Source of the DNA: an uncultured Lachnospiraceae bacterium
GTDB taxonomy: Bacteria > Bacillota > Clostridia > Lachnospirales > Lachnospiraceae
Assembly (NCBI GenBank): GCA_902797025.1
Contig: CADBRN010000016.1
Location: 723 to 64,722 of the forward strand
Reading direction: 5' to 3'
DNA length: 64,000 bases
In this document: positions 35,743 through 45,440 of the stretch, piece by piece
Position numbering within the stretch: position 1 is the first letter of the stretch
Layout of the letters: each line of letters opens with the position of its first letter
Notes under the pieces: model-generated
Told to the model about the DNA's origin: nothing
Seen by the model: the letters and a program-made list of their open reading frames with translations, nothing else
The model's database searches: none
Translations under genes and position numbers: made by a program

Positions 35743-35949
35743 AACCGGCACCTCCGGGCTGAAAATCCAAGTCATCCGCCTCTTCCGCACAATCGCAGAA
35801 GGATCAGATTCTGTTATCATACCATGATTCCGGGAAAACTCACACCGCTTTAGGACAATCGGCGCAAAATGTCGTACCGCACGCGCAGCCTCTGTTGACG
35901 CTTCTCCGGACGGCTGATATAATCAGCAGATATGATCAAACAATTGTAA

Positions 35950-36486
35950 ATGAGCGGTACGGAAATGGAAAAATATGAACTTTCACTGCCGGAAAAAATC
36001 ATCATGGTATTAATCTACCTGATCCTCCCGGCGCTTATATTTGCGATCATTCTTTCAGCGGTCACCCACGGCAGGGTCTACTTCGGCTGGCTGATTCTTC
36101 TGGGAATCATCGCGGCGATGTACCTTACGGGCGGATTGTCGATGGTAACCGTCCCTGTCCGCTACCGCGAGCAGAAGACCGTGGTCTTTCTTCATTACAA
36201 AACATACATGGTGAAAAACGGTATCATCGCCGCCGGCCGGTACCTGCGGAATTATCCGGTCTTCATACTGATGGAAAGCGGAAAAAATCTCCGCACGGAG
36301 GCGATCGGTCCCGTCCGGGTTTCGGAGATCGAAAACCGTTTCCGGGAACACGGTTCCTGTCAGGTCTGGATCGATCCGAAAAAACCGTCCCGCTGCTGCA
36401 CCGACCGGGGACGCATCGTCTGCATCGGTGCGATTGAGCTGGCTGTCTGCGCCGCGCTGATCGTCCTGATTCTTGTTCTTATCTGA
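35950..36486 (+). CDS. Hypothetical membrane protein (3 TM helices)
   Basis: A TTGACG-17-TATAAT promoter lies about 30 nt upstream. The protein has hydrophobic N- and C-terminal helices and no recognisable family. The start is uncertain (35950 or 35965). Confidence 0.55.
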   Translation: MSGTEMEKYELSLPEKIIMVLIYLILPALIFAIILSAVTHGRVYFGWLILLGIIAAMYLTGGLSMVTVPVRYREQKTVVFLHYKTYMVKNGIIAAGRYLRNYPVFILMESGKNLRTEAIGPVRVSEIENRFREHGSCQVWIDPKKPSRCCTDRGRIVCIGAIELAVCAALIVLILVLI

Positions 36487-36515
36487 CCGGATTTGCGAGA
36501 TCCGCACAGGCACTC

Positions 36516-36567
36516 AAAAACGGCACCGGCCTTCGGATAATATCCGCATAGACCGGTGCCGTTTTTT
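36516..36567. terminator. Bidirectional terminator between the membrane-protein gene and the CDF transporter gene
   Basis: AAAAACGGCACCGG...CCGGTGCCGTTTTTT, with an A-tract on the 5' side and a T-tract on the 3' side. Confidence 0.75.
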
Positions 36568-36588
36568 CGGGTCTGCCCGCCATTTTCA

Positions 36589-37722
36589 TCAGTCGCTCGT
36601 ATCCGCGTCCATCGCGACCACAAGCTGATAATCCGGGTAGGCTTCATGCACCTCCCGCACGATCTCATCGTACACGCCTTTTCGATCATCACATGCGAAA
36701 TCAATCACCACGTCAAATGAAATCCTCCGGTCAGCCTGATCAAAATAAAAGCCATGCATCTGCAGAACCGCCTCATGGGCCATGACGATTCTGGTGATCT
36801 TCGTCTCAACCTCTGCCGCTTTATCATCGTGCGTATTCATCGAATAAATGCCGATCGCTGTCATGACTACTCCATATTCCTGGTAAACTTTTGCCTGAAT
36901 CGCACGCGTCAGTTCATCGATCTGATGCGCGGTCCACGTATCCGGAACCTCGACATGCGCAGACGCAAGAAACGTATCCGGACCGTAATTATGAAGAACC
37001 AGGTCGTACGTTCCGTTCACTCCTTCATAGCTGTTGATCGTCCGCTTGATAGCCCGGGAAAGATCCGCATCCGCGCGTTCTCCGAGAATCTGGCTGAATG
37101 TCTCCCGCAGCATATCGATGCCCGCCTTGATGATCACGACTGCGATCACTGCGCCGAGCCACGCCTCAAGTCCGATCCCGGTCGCCATAAAGATGGCGGC
37201 GGCTGCAAGCGTCGAAGCCGAGATGACCGCATCGAGCATCGCGTCCTGCCCGGAATTCACGAGCGATCCGGATTTCAGGTCGGTGCCGACCTTCTTCACG
37301 TACCGTCCGAGCACGATCTTCACAGCAACCGCCACGATGATGATAAGCAGCGAAACCGCCGTATAATCCGCCCTGACCGGATGGATGATCTTTTTCACCG
37401 ACTCGTCCAGAGACATCACGCCTGCGTAAAGCACGATGACAGCGATGATCATCGCCGTCAGATACTCGATTCTCCCGTGTCCGAGCGGATGCTTCTTGTC
37501 CGGTTTCTTTCCGGCGAGCTTCGTACCGATAATTGTGATCACCGAGGAAAGGGCGTCGCTCAGATTGTTCACCGCATCAAGCAGGATCGCGATGGAATGG
37601 GTAAATAAACCGACCGCCGCTTTAAAACCCGCAAGACCGATATTTGCCAGAATCCCGATGATACTTGTCCGGATGATCCGGCTGTTTCTCTCCTCCACAA
37701 AATTTCCCGCCTGTTGTTTCAT
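36589..37722 (-). CDS. Cation diffusion facilitator (CDF) family metal efflux transporter
   Basis: HSIAILLDAVNNLSDALSS and KKHPLGHGRIEYL motifs, plus a C-terminal cytoplasmic domain. The start at 37722 follows GGAGAAAAGAGG. Confidence 0.85.
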   Translation of the reverse strand: MKQQAGNFVEERNSRIIRTSIIGILANIGLAGFKAAVGLFTHSIAILLDAVNNLSDALSSVITIIGTKLAGKKPDKKHPLGHGRIEYLTAMIIAVIVLYAGVMSLDESVKKIIHPVRADYTAVSLLIIIVAVAVKIVLGRYVKKVGTDLKSGSLVNSGQDAMLDAVISASTLAAAAIFMATGIGLEAWLGAVIAVVIIKAGIDMLRETFSQILGERADADLSRAIKRTINSYEGVNGTYDLVLHNYGPDTFLASAHVEVPDTWTAHQIDELTRAIQAKVYQEYGVVMTAIGIYSMNTHDDKAAEVETKITRIVMAHEAVLQMHGFYFDQADRRISFDVVIDFACDDRKGVYDEIVREVHEAYPDYQLVVAMDADTSD

Positions 37723-37766
37723 GATCTTCCTCTTTTCTCCCGGTGCCTGCACCGGCATCAAACATT

Positions 37767-39290
37767 TCAGTTTCCTTCCGTTATCGCCGCTTCGCTCTTC
37801 GCGGAAAGCTTTACTTCGATCGTCTTCGCTTTGTATTCACCGTTTTGAGACCGGCTGACCGTCACGGTAACCGTCTCGCCGCTCCTGTAATATGCGAGCG
37901 CTCCGATCAGGTCTTCATACGTGGTGATTGTGCGGCCGTCCAGCTCCGTGATGACGTCTCCGACCCGGATTCCCGCCTGATCCGCCGCCGCGCCGGATAC
38001 CACGCTGCGCACATACACACCGACCGGCATATTATACTGCTTCGCTGCCTCCGAATTGACATTTGCACAGGTAATTCCAAGGTAACCGCGGTCCGCCTCG
38101 CTGCTTTTTTCGCGCGTCTTCAGATTCATCATCTTTTTGAGAATCGGCTCCGCCTTTGCGATCGGTATGGAATAACCCACGTTATCGACGCTGACCTGAC
38201 CGGCGGAGGATGCGCGCCCCTCGTTGATTCCGATCAGCTGACCGCTCATATTGACAAGAGCGCCGCCGCTGTTTCCGGAATTGATCGCCGCATCCGTCTG
38301 GATCAGATTTTCCGACTGCGTTCCCTCATTAAAGGCCACCGTTCGGTTCAGCGCACTGATATAGCCGCTCGTGACCGATGTTCCGAGACCCAGCGCATTT
38401 CCGAGGGCGACGACCTGTTCCCCGAGAACGAGCTGATCCGAATCGCCCAGTTCGATCACAGAAATCTTCGACTTCGTCTGCTCGGAGATGTCCGAAAGCT
38501 TCACAGCAACGACCGCCAGATCATTTCGGCTGTCCTGTCCCTTGATACTTCCGCTCACAGCCGACTCATCGTTGAATCCGACCGACAGCTGCTGCGCTCC
38601 TTCCACAACATGGGCATTCGTCGCGATCAACATTTCCGTGTCATTTTCTCCGACGATAACACCGCTCCCGGCTCCCTGAACCTGATAATCCTGCGTTCCG
38701 CCGAAAATATTCTGCATCTCCTGCACCGATATGGTGGAAATCGTCACAACAGAAGGCAGGGTCTTCGAGACGACCTCAGCGACGGTCGAAGAAGTTGATC
38801 CGTCTTCAGCGTCTTCCGTGCTGTCCGACCCGCCGTTCACAGCATGTTCCTGCGATGCGTTCTCCTGAAGGACTTCTCCCGTACTTCCGTCCTGTCCGGA
38901 AGCGGCGCGCGCTGATGATGCCCGGTCGACACCGAATGAAACCAGTCCTGCGATCAGTCCGAATACAACCGCCATCACAAGGAGAAGCACCCATTTTCCG
39001 GCTGTGGAAGAAAAGAACCGGTGCTTCGGTCTGACTCCGGCGTCATCCCGGCGGTCCTCAAATGGATTTTCACCGGTAAACGTCCGCCCGGACCAATTCT
39101 GATCCTGTTTTGTCTCTTTTCTCCGGCTGATTTTCGGATTCACCCAGCTGTAGGTGACTGCATCCGTATGCGCCCGATCGTCCGAACCGGAATCCTGCAT
39201 CCTCCCGTCCGCATCGATATCCGGCTTCGCGTCATTGTTTCCTTCCGCCGCATCATGATCCTGCCGATTCCCGTTATGATCGTCGAACAT
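37767..39290 (-). CDS. htrA: HtrA/DegP-like serine protease with TM anchor and PDZ domain
   Basis: Catalytic triad context TNAHVV, NDLAVV and GNSGGALV. A C-terminal PDZ region is present (GDVITELDG). The start at 39290 follows AAGGAGG. Confidence 0.85.
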   Translation of the reverse strand: MFDDHNGNRQDHDAAEGNNDAKPDIDADGRMQDSGSDDRAHTDAVTYSWVNPKISRRKETKQDQNWSGRTFTGENPFEDRRDDAGVRPKHRFFSSTAGKWVLLLVMAVVFGLIAGLVSFGVDRASSARAASGQDGSTGEVLQENASQEHAVNGGSDSTEDAEDGSTSSTVAEVVSKTLPSVVTISTISVQEMQNIFGGTQDYQVQGAGSGVIVGENDTEMLIATNAHVVEGAQQLSVGFNDESAVSGSIKGQDSRNDLAVVAVKLSDISEQTKSKISVIELGDSDQLVLGEQVVALGNALGLGTSVTSGYISALNRTVAFNEGTQSENLIQTDAAINSGNSGGALVNMSGQLIGINEGRASSAGQVSVDNVGYSIPIAKAEPILKKMMNLKTREKSSEADRGYLGITCANVNSEAAKQYNMPVGVYVRSVVSGAAADQAGIRVGDVITELDGRTITTYEDLIGALAYYRSGETVTVTVSRSQNGEYKAKTIEVKLSAKSEAAITEGN

Positions 39291-39303
39291 CTCTTCCTCC
39301 TTA

Positions 39304-39367
39304 TAAAAAAAGCGCTTTTCGGCGCATGTTCGAAAAAGGAGGCTCCCGCCTCTGGGGGACACCTCCT
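39304..39367 (-). terminator. Two tandem hairpin terminators downstream of the LCP gene
   Basis: On the minus strand: AGGAGG...CCTCCT followed by TTTT, then GCGC-cgaaaa-GCGC followed by TTTTTTT. Confidence 0.55.
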
Positions 39368-39382
39368 CTTGTCACTCTTCTG

Positions 39383-40582
39383 TTATTCACCGGAACTGCT
39401 GCCACCCGCGGACGAAGCATCTGCTCCGGAAGAAGCGGAACTGTCCGTGTTCCACGGCAGCTCTCCCCCGTCCGGCGTGGACGGCCGATCACTTTCATCC
39501 ATTCCCGTCTTGTCGATGATTGTCTGACTGTATTCTTTTACCGTGTCTGACGGGGTATACGCCTGATCCGGAAACAGGAACTGGTGAATCTTCACGGAAT
39601 TCGACTCAAGTGTCACCGGGACGACACAGGTAAGTCCGGTCTTACTGTTGTCATCTTCATAATGGTCAAACGGAAATCCGGTAGACTCTGAGATCGTATA
39701 GGAAATCAGAGGCTTCGCCATCGAAAGCACCTTTGTCTTGCTGATGTTTGTCTCAATCTGCGGAAGAACCTTATCCAGAATCTCGTCGATCTGACCGGCA
39801 CCCGCGCTCTTCATCTTTTCAAGAACCTTCTGGATCAGCACTCTCTGACGGGCCGTTCTGCGGAAGTCATTGCCCGCCGTATAACGGATCCGCGCATAGC
39901 TGAGCGCCTGGGATCCGTCCAGGTGCGTCATCTGATATTGACCGTCCGGCAGATCTTCCTCGGACGGAACCGGAAGCAGATTGTAATCATATCCGGTGAC
40001 GCGGGATGTCTCATTGTTCAGCCCGTTCAGAACTTCGATCTCCTGTCGGGAAAGCTCAACATCGATGCCCCCGAGGATCTGAACGGTATCCGCTACCGCC
40101 TGAAACTGAACGGTCACATACTGTTTCAGGTTCAGATCAAAATTCAGATTCATCATCGTAAGCATCTGCTCCGGCCCGCCCTTCGCGTATGCCGCGTTTG
40201 CCTTCGTATATTTCCCGTCTCCGATGTTGAGATAGGTATCGCGGTACAGAGAAGCCAGTTTGATCGATTTATTGTCGTGATCAATCAGACAGACAATCAT
40301 CGTATCACTGTTGTTGTGCTCCTCTCCGTCTCTCCGGTCCAGGCCGACCAGGGCGATCAGATCCTTTCCGGTAAGATCGACCGACTCCTCGCCGTTCAGT
40401 TCATCGGCTGTGATCAGCTTATCCTCATCGGTCTGATTGTAATTCACCAGGCCGAGCTTTGAGTTCAGCCAGTGCGAACCGAAAGCCGCAACGCACAGCA
40501 CTGCGAGAACGATGATTTCAACAATCAGAATCGTCTTCTTCTTTCTGAGCTTCTTGTTCACGCCCCGTGATTTTTTTGACAT
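39383..40582 (-). CDS. LytR-CpsA-Psr (LCP) family cell-wall polymer ligase
   Basis: N-terminal TM anchor, then LVGLDRRDGEEHNNSDTMIVCLIDHDNKSIKLASLYRDTY and a FRRTARQ region, which are typical LCP motifs. Confidence 0.85.
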   Translation of the reverse strand: MSKKSRGVNKKLRKKKTILIVEIIVLAVLCVAAFGSHWLNSKLGLVNYNQTDEDKLITADELNGEESVDLTGKDLIALVGLDRRDGEEHNNSDTMIVCLIDHDNKSIKLASLYRDTYLNIGDGKYTKANAAYAKGGPEQMLTMMNLNFDLNLKQYVTVQFQAVADTVQILGGIDVELSRQEIEVLNGLNNETSRVTGYDYNLLPVPSEEDLPDGQYQMTHLDGSQALSYARIRYTAGNDFRRTARQRVLIQKVLEKMKSAGAGQIDEILDKVLPQIETNISKTKVLSMAKPLISYTISESTGFPFDHYEDDNSKTGLTCVVPVTLESNSVKIHQFLFPDQAYTPSDTVKEYSQTIIDKTGMDESDRPSTPDGGELPWNTDSSASSGADASSAGGSSSGE

Positions 40583-40709
40583 ATTTAAATCCTCATGGCA
40601 CAAAAACAGCGTCCCGAATAATCAGATAGAAACCGTTACATAGCTTGTTATAATACCGTAAAACAAGGAAAATTGCAACCGGCTTTTCACCCGGCCGGCT
40701 TTTCGATTC

Positions 40710-40967
40710 CTATATACCCCGGAAAACCGCCAGCAGCGCATCCATCGCTTCCTTCTCATCCGGCCCGGCGCACAAAATCCGCACCGTATCTCCAAAACGC
40801 AGTCCCGCCGCGAGCAGACTCAGTACGCTCTTGATATTTGCTTCCTTTCCGGCAAACTGCAGGATGCAGTCTGATCGGAACCGGCATGCGGTCTCACATA
40901 CGGCCGTAACCGGTCTGAGGTGAAGTCCCGCACGGTTTCTGATTGTTACCGTCTCACTTATCATCAC
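40710..40967 (-). CDS. HPr-like phosphocarrier protein (His15 and Ser46 contexts both present)
   Basis: RNRAGLHLRPV is the His15 context and NIKSVLSLLAAGL is the Ser46 context. The gene starts 15 nt downstream of the cdaR stop. Confidence 0.75.
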   Translation of the reverse strand: MMISETVTIRNRAGLHLRPVTAVCETACRFRSDCILQFAGKEANIKSVLSLLAAGLRFGDTVRILCAGPDEKEAMDALLAVFRGI

Positions 40968-40982
40968 AATAACCCTGAAGCA

Positions 40983-42278
40983 TTATCCCGTCTTTGCTGA
41001 CTGCTTCACATGCAGCAGGATGCTCACATTGCCCGAAAGACTCGTTCCGTCCGGAAGCGTAACACTTACCGGCACCGTGTAATCTCCCTCTTTGTACCCG
41101 GACAGATCCACTGACGCACTGACCGCATCCGCGGTGACACCGTCGAGCAGCGTCTTCGTTCCTCTGACGCGGATCGTCAGCTCGGTCTGATCATACGTCA
41201 CGGTCAGATTGTCGGCCAGATTATTGATCGTGATCTTATCGACATCCAATGCGACTTCCTTCGTATTCTCCGGAAGAATTGTAATCGTAACCGTCGCCGT
41301 ACGGCTCGCGGTTTCGGCGACCCGCATATTTCCGGTGATGATCTCGGAAAGATCGATCTCCTTCGTGACATCGTCCGAAGCGCCGTCCACAGAGACAGCG
41401 TCAGCCGGAATCGTAATTTTATTTCCGCTGTTTGTCAGCTCCGACAGTGCTTCGTCATCGCCGACCACCGTGATCGTCTCCGGAACTGTGGTGATGCCGC
41501 TCACCTGATATCCGCTCTTCGGCTGCCCGCTGTAATTTACCTGCAGTGAGACGTCCGATTTTTTCTGCCACAGGTCAACTACAACCGTGACATCCTGACT
41601 TCCGGTATCGAAGGTGATCTCATTGTCAATCGTATCCTGAGATATTTCATTCTGCGATTTATCGTAAAGATGAACGGTCCCCTTCACCGTGGCATCCGCC
41701 GTCATATCCGTGACATCGATCTGGGCGACCGCGGAATCGATACGGTTGATCGTCGATTCCGGTCCGGACACAACGATTTTCGACGGATTTGCCGTCGCCT
41801 CGCCGACCTCAAAATTCTTGGCCGGCGTCGTATCCGCCGTGTCGACCGTCACCGGAAGCTCCTTGCTCGCGATGCTCTCGATCGTGATCGGCACCGCCGT
41901 TCTCGACATTGAAATATTCGACGGATCCACGCCATTGCACTGGACCGTGAGCGGAACCATGACCGGTTTCGTGTCCATACTGACGATCTGCGTCAGATCA
42001 GCGGTGACCTTGATGTCAGACGCCTCGATCCGCCGGATCTCAGAACGGTTTCCCTTGATATACACAATCACCGAGTTGTAGCTGTCGTCGACCGTATACG
42101 TCTGCTTTCCGCTCTGAATGTAGGTCTGATTCGTGAATGTAACGCTGACCGTAAACGAGCGCGTGATCACCGGATCATTCACCCGTACTACTGAATACCA
42201 GATCACGATGGAAATCAGGACGGAAACGACCTTCAGTCCGAAGTTATTTCTTATTATTTTCGGTATCCTTGTTTGCAT
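40983..42278 (-). CDS. cdaR: YbbR-domain protein CdaR (regulator of diadenylate cyclase CdaA)
   Basis: N-terminal TM helix (GLKVVSVLISIVIWYSVV), then repeated beta-rich YbbR-like modules. Its start overlaps the cdaA 3' end. Confidence 0.8.
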   Translation of the reverse strand: MQTRIPKIIRNNFGLKVVSVLISIVIWYSVVRVNDPVITRSFTVSVTFTNQTYIQSGKQTYTVDDSYNSVIVYIKGNRSEIRRIEASDIKVTADLTQIVSMDTKPVMVPLTVQCNGVDPSNISMSRTAVPITIESIASKELPVTVDTADTTPAKNFEVGEATANPSKIVVSGPESTINRIDSAVAQIDVTDMTADATVKGTVHLYDKSQNEISQDTIDNEITFDTGSQDVTVVVDLWQKKSDVSLQVNYSGQPKSGYQVSGITTVPETITVVGDDEALSELTNSGNKITIPADAVSVDGASDDVTKEIDLSEIITGNMRVAETASRTATVTITILPENTKEVALDVDKITINNLADNLTVTYDQTELTIRVRGTKTLLDGVTADAVSASVDLSGYKEGDYTVPVSVTLPDGTSLSGNVSILLHVKQSAKTG

Positions 42279-43125
42279 TCCGGCCCTTCTCCCCGCCGTG
42301 CGTATTTACCAGCTTCTGAATCTCATGAAGCTGCTCTTTGAGTGCCGCCGGACTCACACCTGTATGCAGCACACCTTCGACCGCGTAGGAAACCGCTCCG
42401 GTCTCCTCCGAGACGATGATCGTGCAGCTGTCGCTGATCTCGCTGATGCCGACGCCTGCCCGGTGTCTTGTCCCGAGACTTTTGCTCAGCTGCATGCTGT
42501 CCGACAGCGGAAGATAGCAGGTCGCTGCCGTCACACGGTCGCCCCGGACAATCACGGCCCCGTCATGAAGCGGTGTATTTTTCTCGAAAATATTGACCAG
42601 AAGCTGTCCGCTCACGATCGCATCCATCGGAATTCCGGTCTGAACAAATTCCTCCAGGCGCACATTGCGCTCGATCACAATCAGCGCACCGGTCCGGACC
42701 TCGGCCATATCGAAGCACGCGCGGACGATCTCATTCAGCGTATGATCGCTGAACCGGTTGTTGCCGCCATTGCCACGCCCCTGAAAAACCGACGCAAGCA
42801 TTCCCCTGTGTCCCATTCGTTCCAGACCTTTGCGCAGCTCCGGCTGGAATATGATGACCAGCGCCGTGAAGGCCGCCACACCCAGATTCGCAACGAGCCA
42901 CACGACCACTTCCATTCCGAGCACGTTCGCGGCAATGACGAACAGAATAATCAGCAGGATCCCCCGAAGAAGCGAGTACGCTCTTGTATCTCTGACCCAG
43001 AGGATCAGATGGTACACGAAATAGGCAATCAATATGATCTGTATCACATCGATTACCTGTATCGTTTTCGGCGGTGTAATCCATTCAATTAGATGGACGC
43101 GCATCCAGCTGATCAGTCCGTCCAC
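42244..43125 (-). CDS. cdaA: Diadenylate cyclase CdaA (c-di-AMP synthase)
   Basis: Three N-terminal TM helices followed by a DAC domain with GALIVIER, PLHDGAVIV and GTRHRAGVGISE motifs. GTG start at 43125. Confidence 0.9.
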   Translation of the reverse strand: MDGLISWMRVHLIEWITPPKTIQVIDVIQIILIAYFVYHLILWVRDTRAYSLLRGILLIILFVIAANVLGMEVVVWLVANLGVAAFTALVIIFQPELRKGLERMGHRGMLASVFQGRGNGGNNRFSDHTLNEIVRACFDMAEVRTGALIVIERNVRLEEFVQTGIPMDAIVSGQLLVNIFEKNTPLHDGAVIVRGDRVTAATCYLPLSDSMQLSKSLGTRHRAGVGISEISDSCTIIVSEETGAVSYAVEGVLHTGVSPAALKEQLHEIQKLVNTHGGEKGRNANKDTENNKK

Positions 43126-43186
43126 GGGCTCACTTCCTTTCCGCTGACTGTTTTACCGCAAAGCGGATCAAACGCGGAAGCACTCA

Positions 43187-44188
43187 TCAAAGATCCTTCA
43201 GGGAATCCTCCAGCTTCGTCTTGAAATCGACCCCGTCGACATCCTGCCCGTTCACCGGTGTTCCGGTGCCATTCTGACGGCTGCTGTCGTCATAATAACG
43301 GACCGGCTTCGCGCCGCCCGCACGCATCTTCGGAATCGCTTTTACGTAATAATAATAATCGTCATCTTCAAACTGAATAAATCTGGACTGGCGGTAATCC
43401 ACCGAGTAAACAAACATATTCAGGAACAGCGCGACCGCAGCCGACGCGGCAGTGCCGGCGACGATCGCCGGAGCGTTCAGCTCAACACCGACGGCCACAC
43501 CTCCGGCCAGCATAATCACAAGATACAGAACCGCCCCCGCAATCACCGCACGGAGTCTCGTATACGTCGTCATATGGCGGACGATCAGCGCGACGAGAAC
43601 GGTCGCGGCAGCCGATGCGATCACACAAAGCAGAAGTTTCGGACTGAACAGTGACGCCGGTATGGACTGCAAAACATTGAGCATGCCTGCGTCCGCCTCC
43701 TTCAGCGGTGCGATCTCATCGTGAACGATCTCCACGAACTGCCAGGAGACCAGTCCGCACGCCGCGGAGAGGGCGGATTCCGGTCCCCGGACGAGTCCGA
43801 GACAAAGCGGCACGACCGCTTCCATATGGAGAATGCCGGCGACCGGAGTCATCAGCATCACCAGAGCGTCGCGTGGCACGAACCGGAAATAAAGCAGCAC
43901 GAGTACAACGTAAAGCACCAGTGCGAAAAGGCCTGTCTCGACGCCAAGTCCGAAGCAGTGCGCCACAATCAGCGCGATCCCGATCATAACCGTCGCGTTA
44001 AACGGCAGGATCGCCGAGATTGCCGCAAGTATAACAAGAATGAACAGCCTGTTCAGCGCCTCCATGTAGCCGAGCCGGTTATTAATCAGAACATAGATTC
44101 CCAGCGCGAGGGCAAATTTCATGACCGGAAGAATATAAAAGCTGTAGTCCGCATAAAACGCCTTCAGCCGTTCCCTCAGATTTCCCAT
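43187..44188 (-). CDS. Hypothetical polytopic membrane protein (333 aa) with an acidic/Tyr-rich cytoplasmic tail
   Basis: About 8 hydrophobic helices. The tail reads FEDDDYYYYVKAIPKMRAGG. I recognise no family. Confidence 0.6.
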   Translation of the reverse strand: MGNLRERLKAFYADYSFYILPVMKFALALGIYVLINNRLGYMEALNRLFILVILAAISAILPFNATVMIGIALIVAHCFGLGVETGLFALVLYVVLVLLYFRFVPRDALVMLMTPVAGILHMEAVVPLCLGLVRGPESALSAACGLVSWQFVEIVHDEIAPLKEADAGMLNVLQSIPASLFSPKLLLCVIASAAATVLVALIVRHMTTYTRLRAVIAGAVLYLVIMLAGGVAVGVELNAPAIVAGTAASAAVALFLNMFVYSVDYRQSRFIQFEDDDYYYYVKAIPKMRAGGAKPVRYYDDSSRQNGTGTPVNGQDVDGVDFKTKLEDSLKDL

Positions 44189-44190
44189 GT

Positions 44191-44616
44191 TTATTGATCC
44201 TCCCCAAACGGATTCCCGCTGCTCTGCTTCTCCTCACGGTAGATATTTGCGAGCAGATCGAGCTTCTGATCGTAATCCTCCGCTTTCTCCCGCGCCCGCG
44301 CATAACGGATTCTGGCAATCACATAGGTAATCACACTGTATACCGCAAGCATTACCAGATAAATAATCAACAGCACAGCCGCGAGCCTGCCCATTTTCAG
44401 ATTGTTCATATTCGTGAGCAGAAAATCCAGATGATAGACCGCAAAAAATCCGAGCAGAATCAGATAGGCGATCGACGTAACGAAAAAGTTTTTGACAAGC
44501 TGAACCGCAACGTAATCATTCCGGTAGTACTTTGTCACCCGCATCGTCGTGTTGATGTGACTCTGTTTAAAATCAGCGAGGCTGATCATCAGCTGAAGCC
44601 TCTGTTTCGTCAGCAT
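44191..44616 (-). CDS. Hypothetical membrane protein (141 aa, 2 TM helices)
   Basis: Two hydrophobic helices. Its stop lies 2 nt from the start of the next gene. Confidence 0.55.
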   Translation of the reverse strand: MLTKQRLQLMISLADFKQSHINTTMRVTKYYRNDYVAVQLVKNFFVTSIAYLILLGFFAVYHLDFLLTNMNNLKMGRLAAVLLIIYLVMLAVYSVITYVIARIRYARAREKAEDYDQKLDLLANIYREEKQSSGNPFGEDQ

Positions 44617-44692
44617 AGACAGATCTCCCTTGTCCTGGTATGGTAGCTATTTTAACATACTTCCGGACTTCTGAAAACTCAAAATCCGTCCG

Positions 44693-45436
44693 TCACGCCC
44701 GATTGCCCGGAGCGACCGCCGCGCACACAAAATAAACTTCCCGGACTCCCGCCCTTTGCAGAACCGCTGCAGCGGCATCAACCGTCGCTCCGGTCGTGTA
44801 GATATCGTCCGCGATCAGAATGCGGGACGGCATCCGGATCGACGGATCCGCACGAAAGGCACGGATGAGATTTCTGTGCCGTTCCTCCGGATCCAGCTCC
44901 TTCATCGGCTTCGTGCTGTGCACGCGGGCAAGCGCTTCGACGCAGGGAATTCCGGTCCGTTTTGATAATTCCCGGGCAAAAAGAGCCGCCTGATTATACC
45001 CCCGTCGGATCAGACGGTCACGGTGAACCGGAATCGGCACAATCGCTTCCGGACACCATTCATCGAGATAGCCTCTTCCAAATACTGCCGAGGATTGCGC
45101 ATAAAACGCGGCGTATTCCGCGCGGTGCGAATATTTCATGCGGAGAATCGAATCCCGCACGGCCCCGTCATAGGAAAAAGGCGCGAATCCCCGGATGTAG
45201 AAATGGCGCGTCCCGCGGCAGCTCTCACAGTACTCCTCTCCGGAATCCCGGATCGGACGGCCGCAGGAAAGGCACAGCGGCTGCTCCAGAAAAGGAATAT
45301 TCTTCCGGCATTTCCGGCACACCATCCGCTCCCGCGGAAGAAGCGGCGCATCACAGAGCGCGCAGCGTCTGGGATATACCGCATCGGCAATCCTCTCCGG
45401 TCTGAATATGAAATGCTTCGTTCCCGTTTCCTCCAT
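44693..45436 (-). CDS. comFC: ComF-family protein (phosphoribosyltransferase fold with N-terminal zinc ribbon)
   Basis: CxxC...CxxC and CLSCG...CESC zinc ribbon, plus the PRT motif ILIADDIYTTGATV. Confidence 0.8.
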   Translation of the reverse strand: MEETGTKHFIFRPERIADAVYPRRCALCDAPLLPRERMVCRKCRKNIPFLEQPLCLSCGRPIRDSGEEYCESCRGTRHFYIRGFAPFSYDGAVRDSILRMKYSHRAEYAAFYAQSSAVFGRGYLDEWCPEAIVPIPVHRDRLIRRGYNQAALFARELSKRTGIPCVEALARVHSTKPMKELDPEERHRNLIRAFRADPSIRMPSRILIADDIYTTGATVDAAAAVLQRAGVREVYFVCAAVAPGNRA

Positions 45437-45440
45437 AGAT

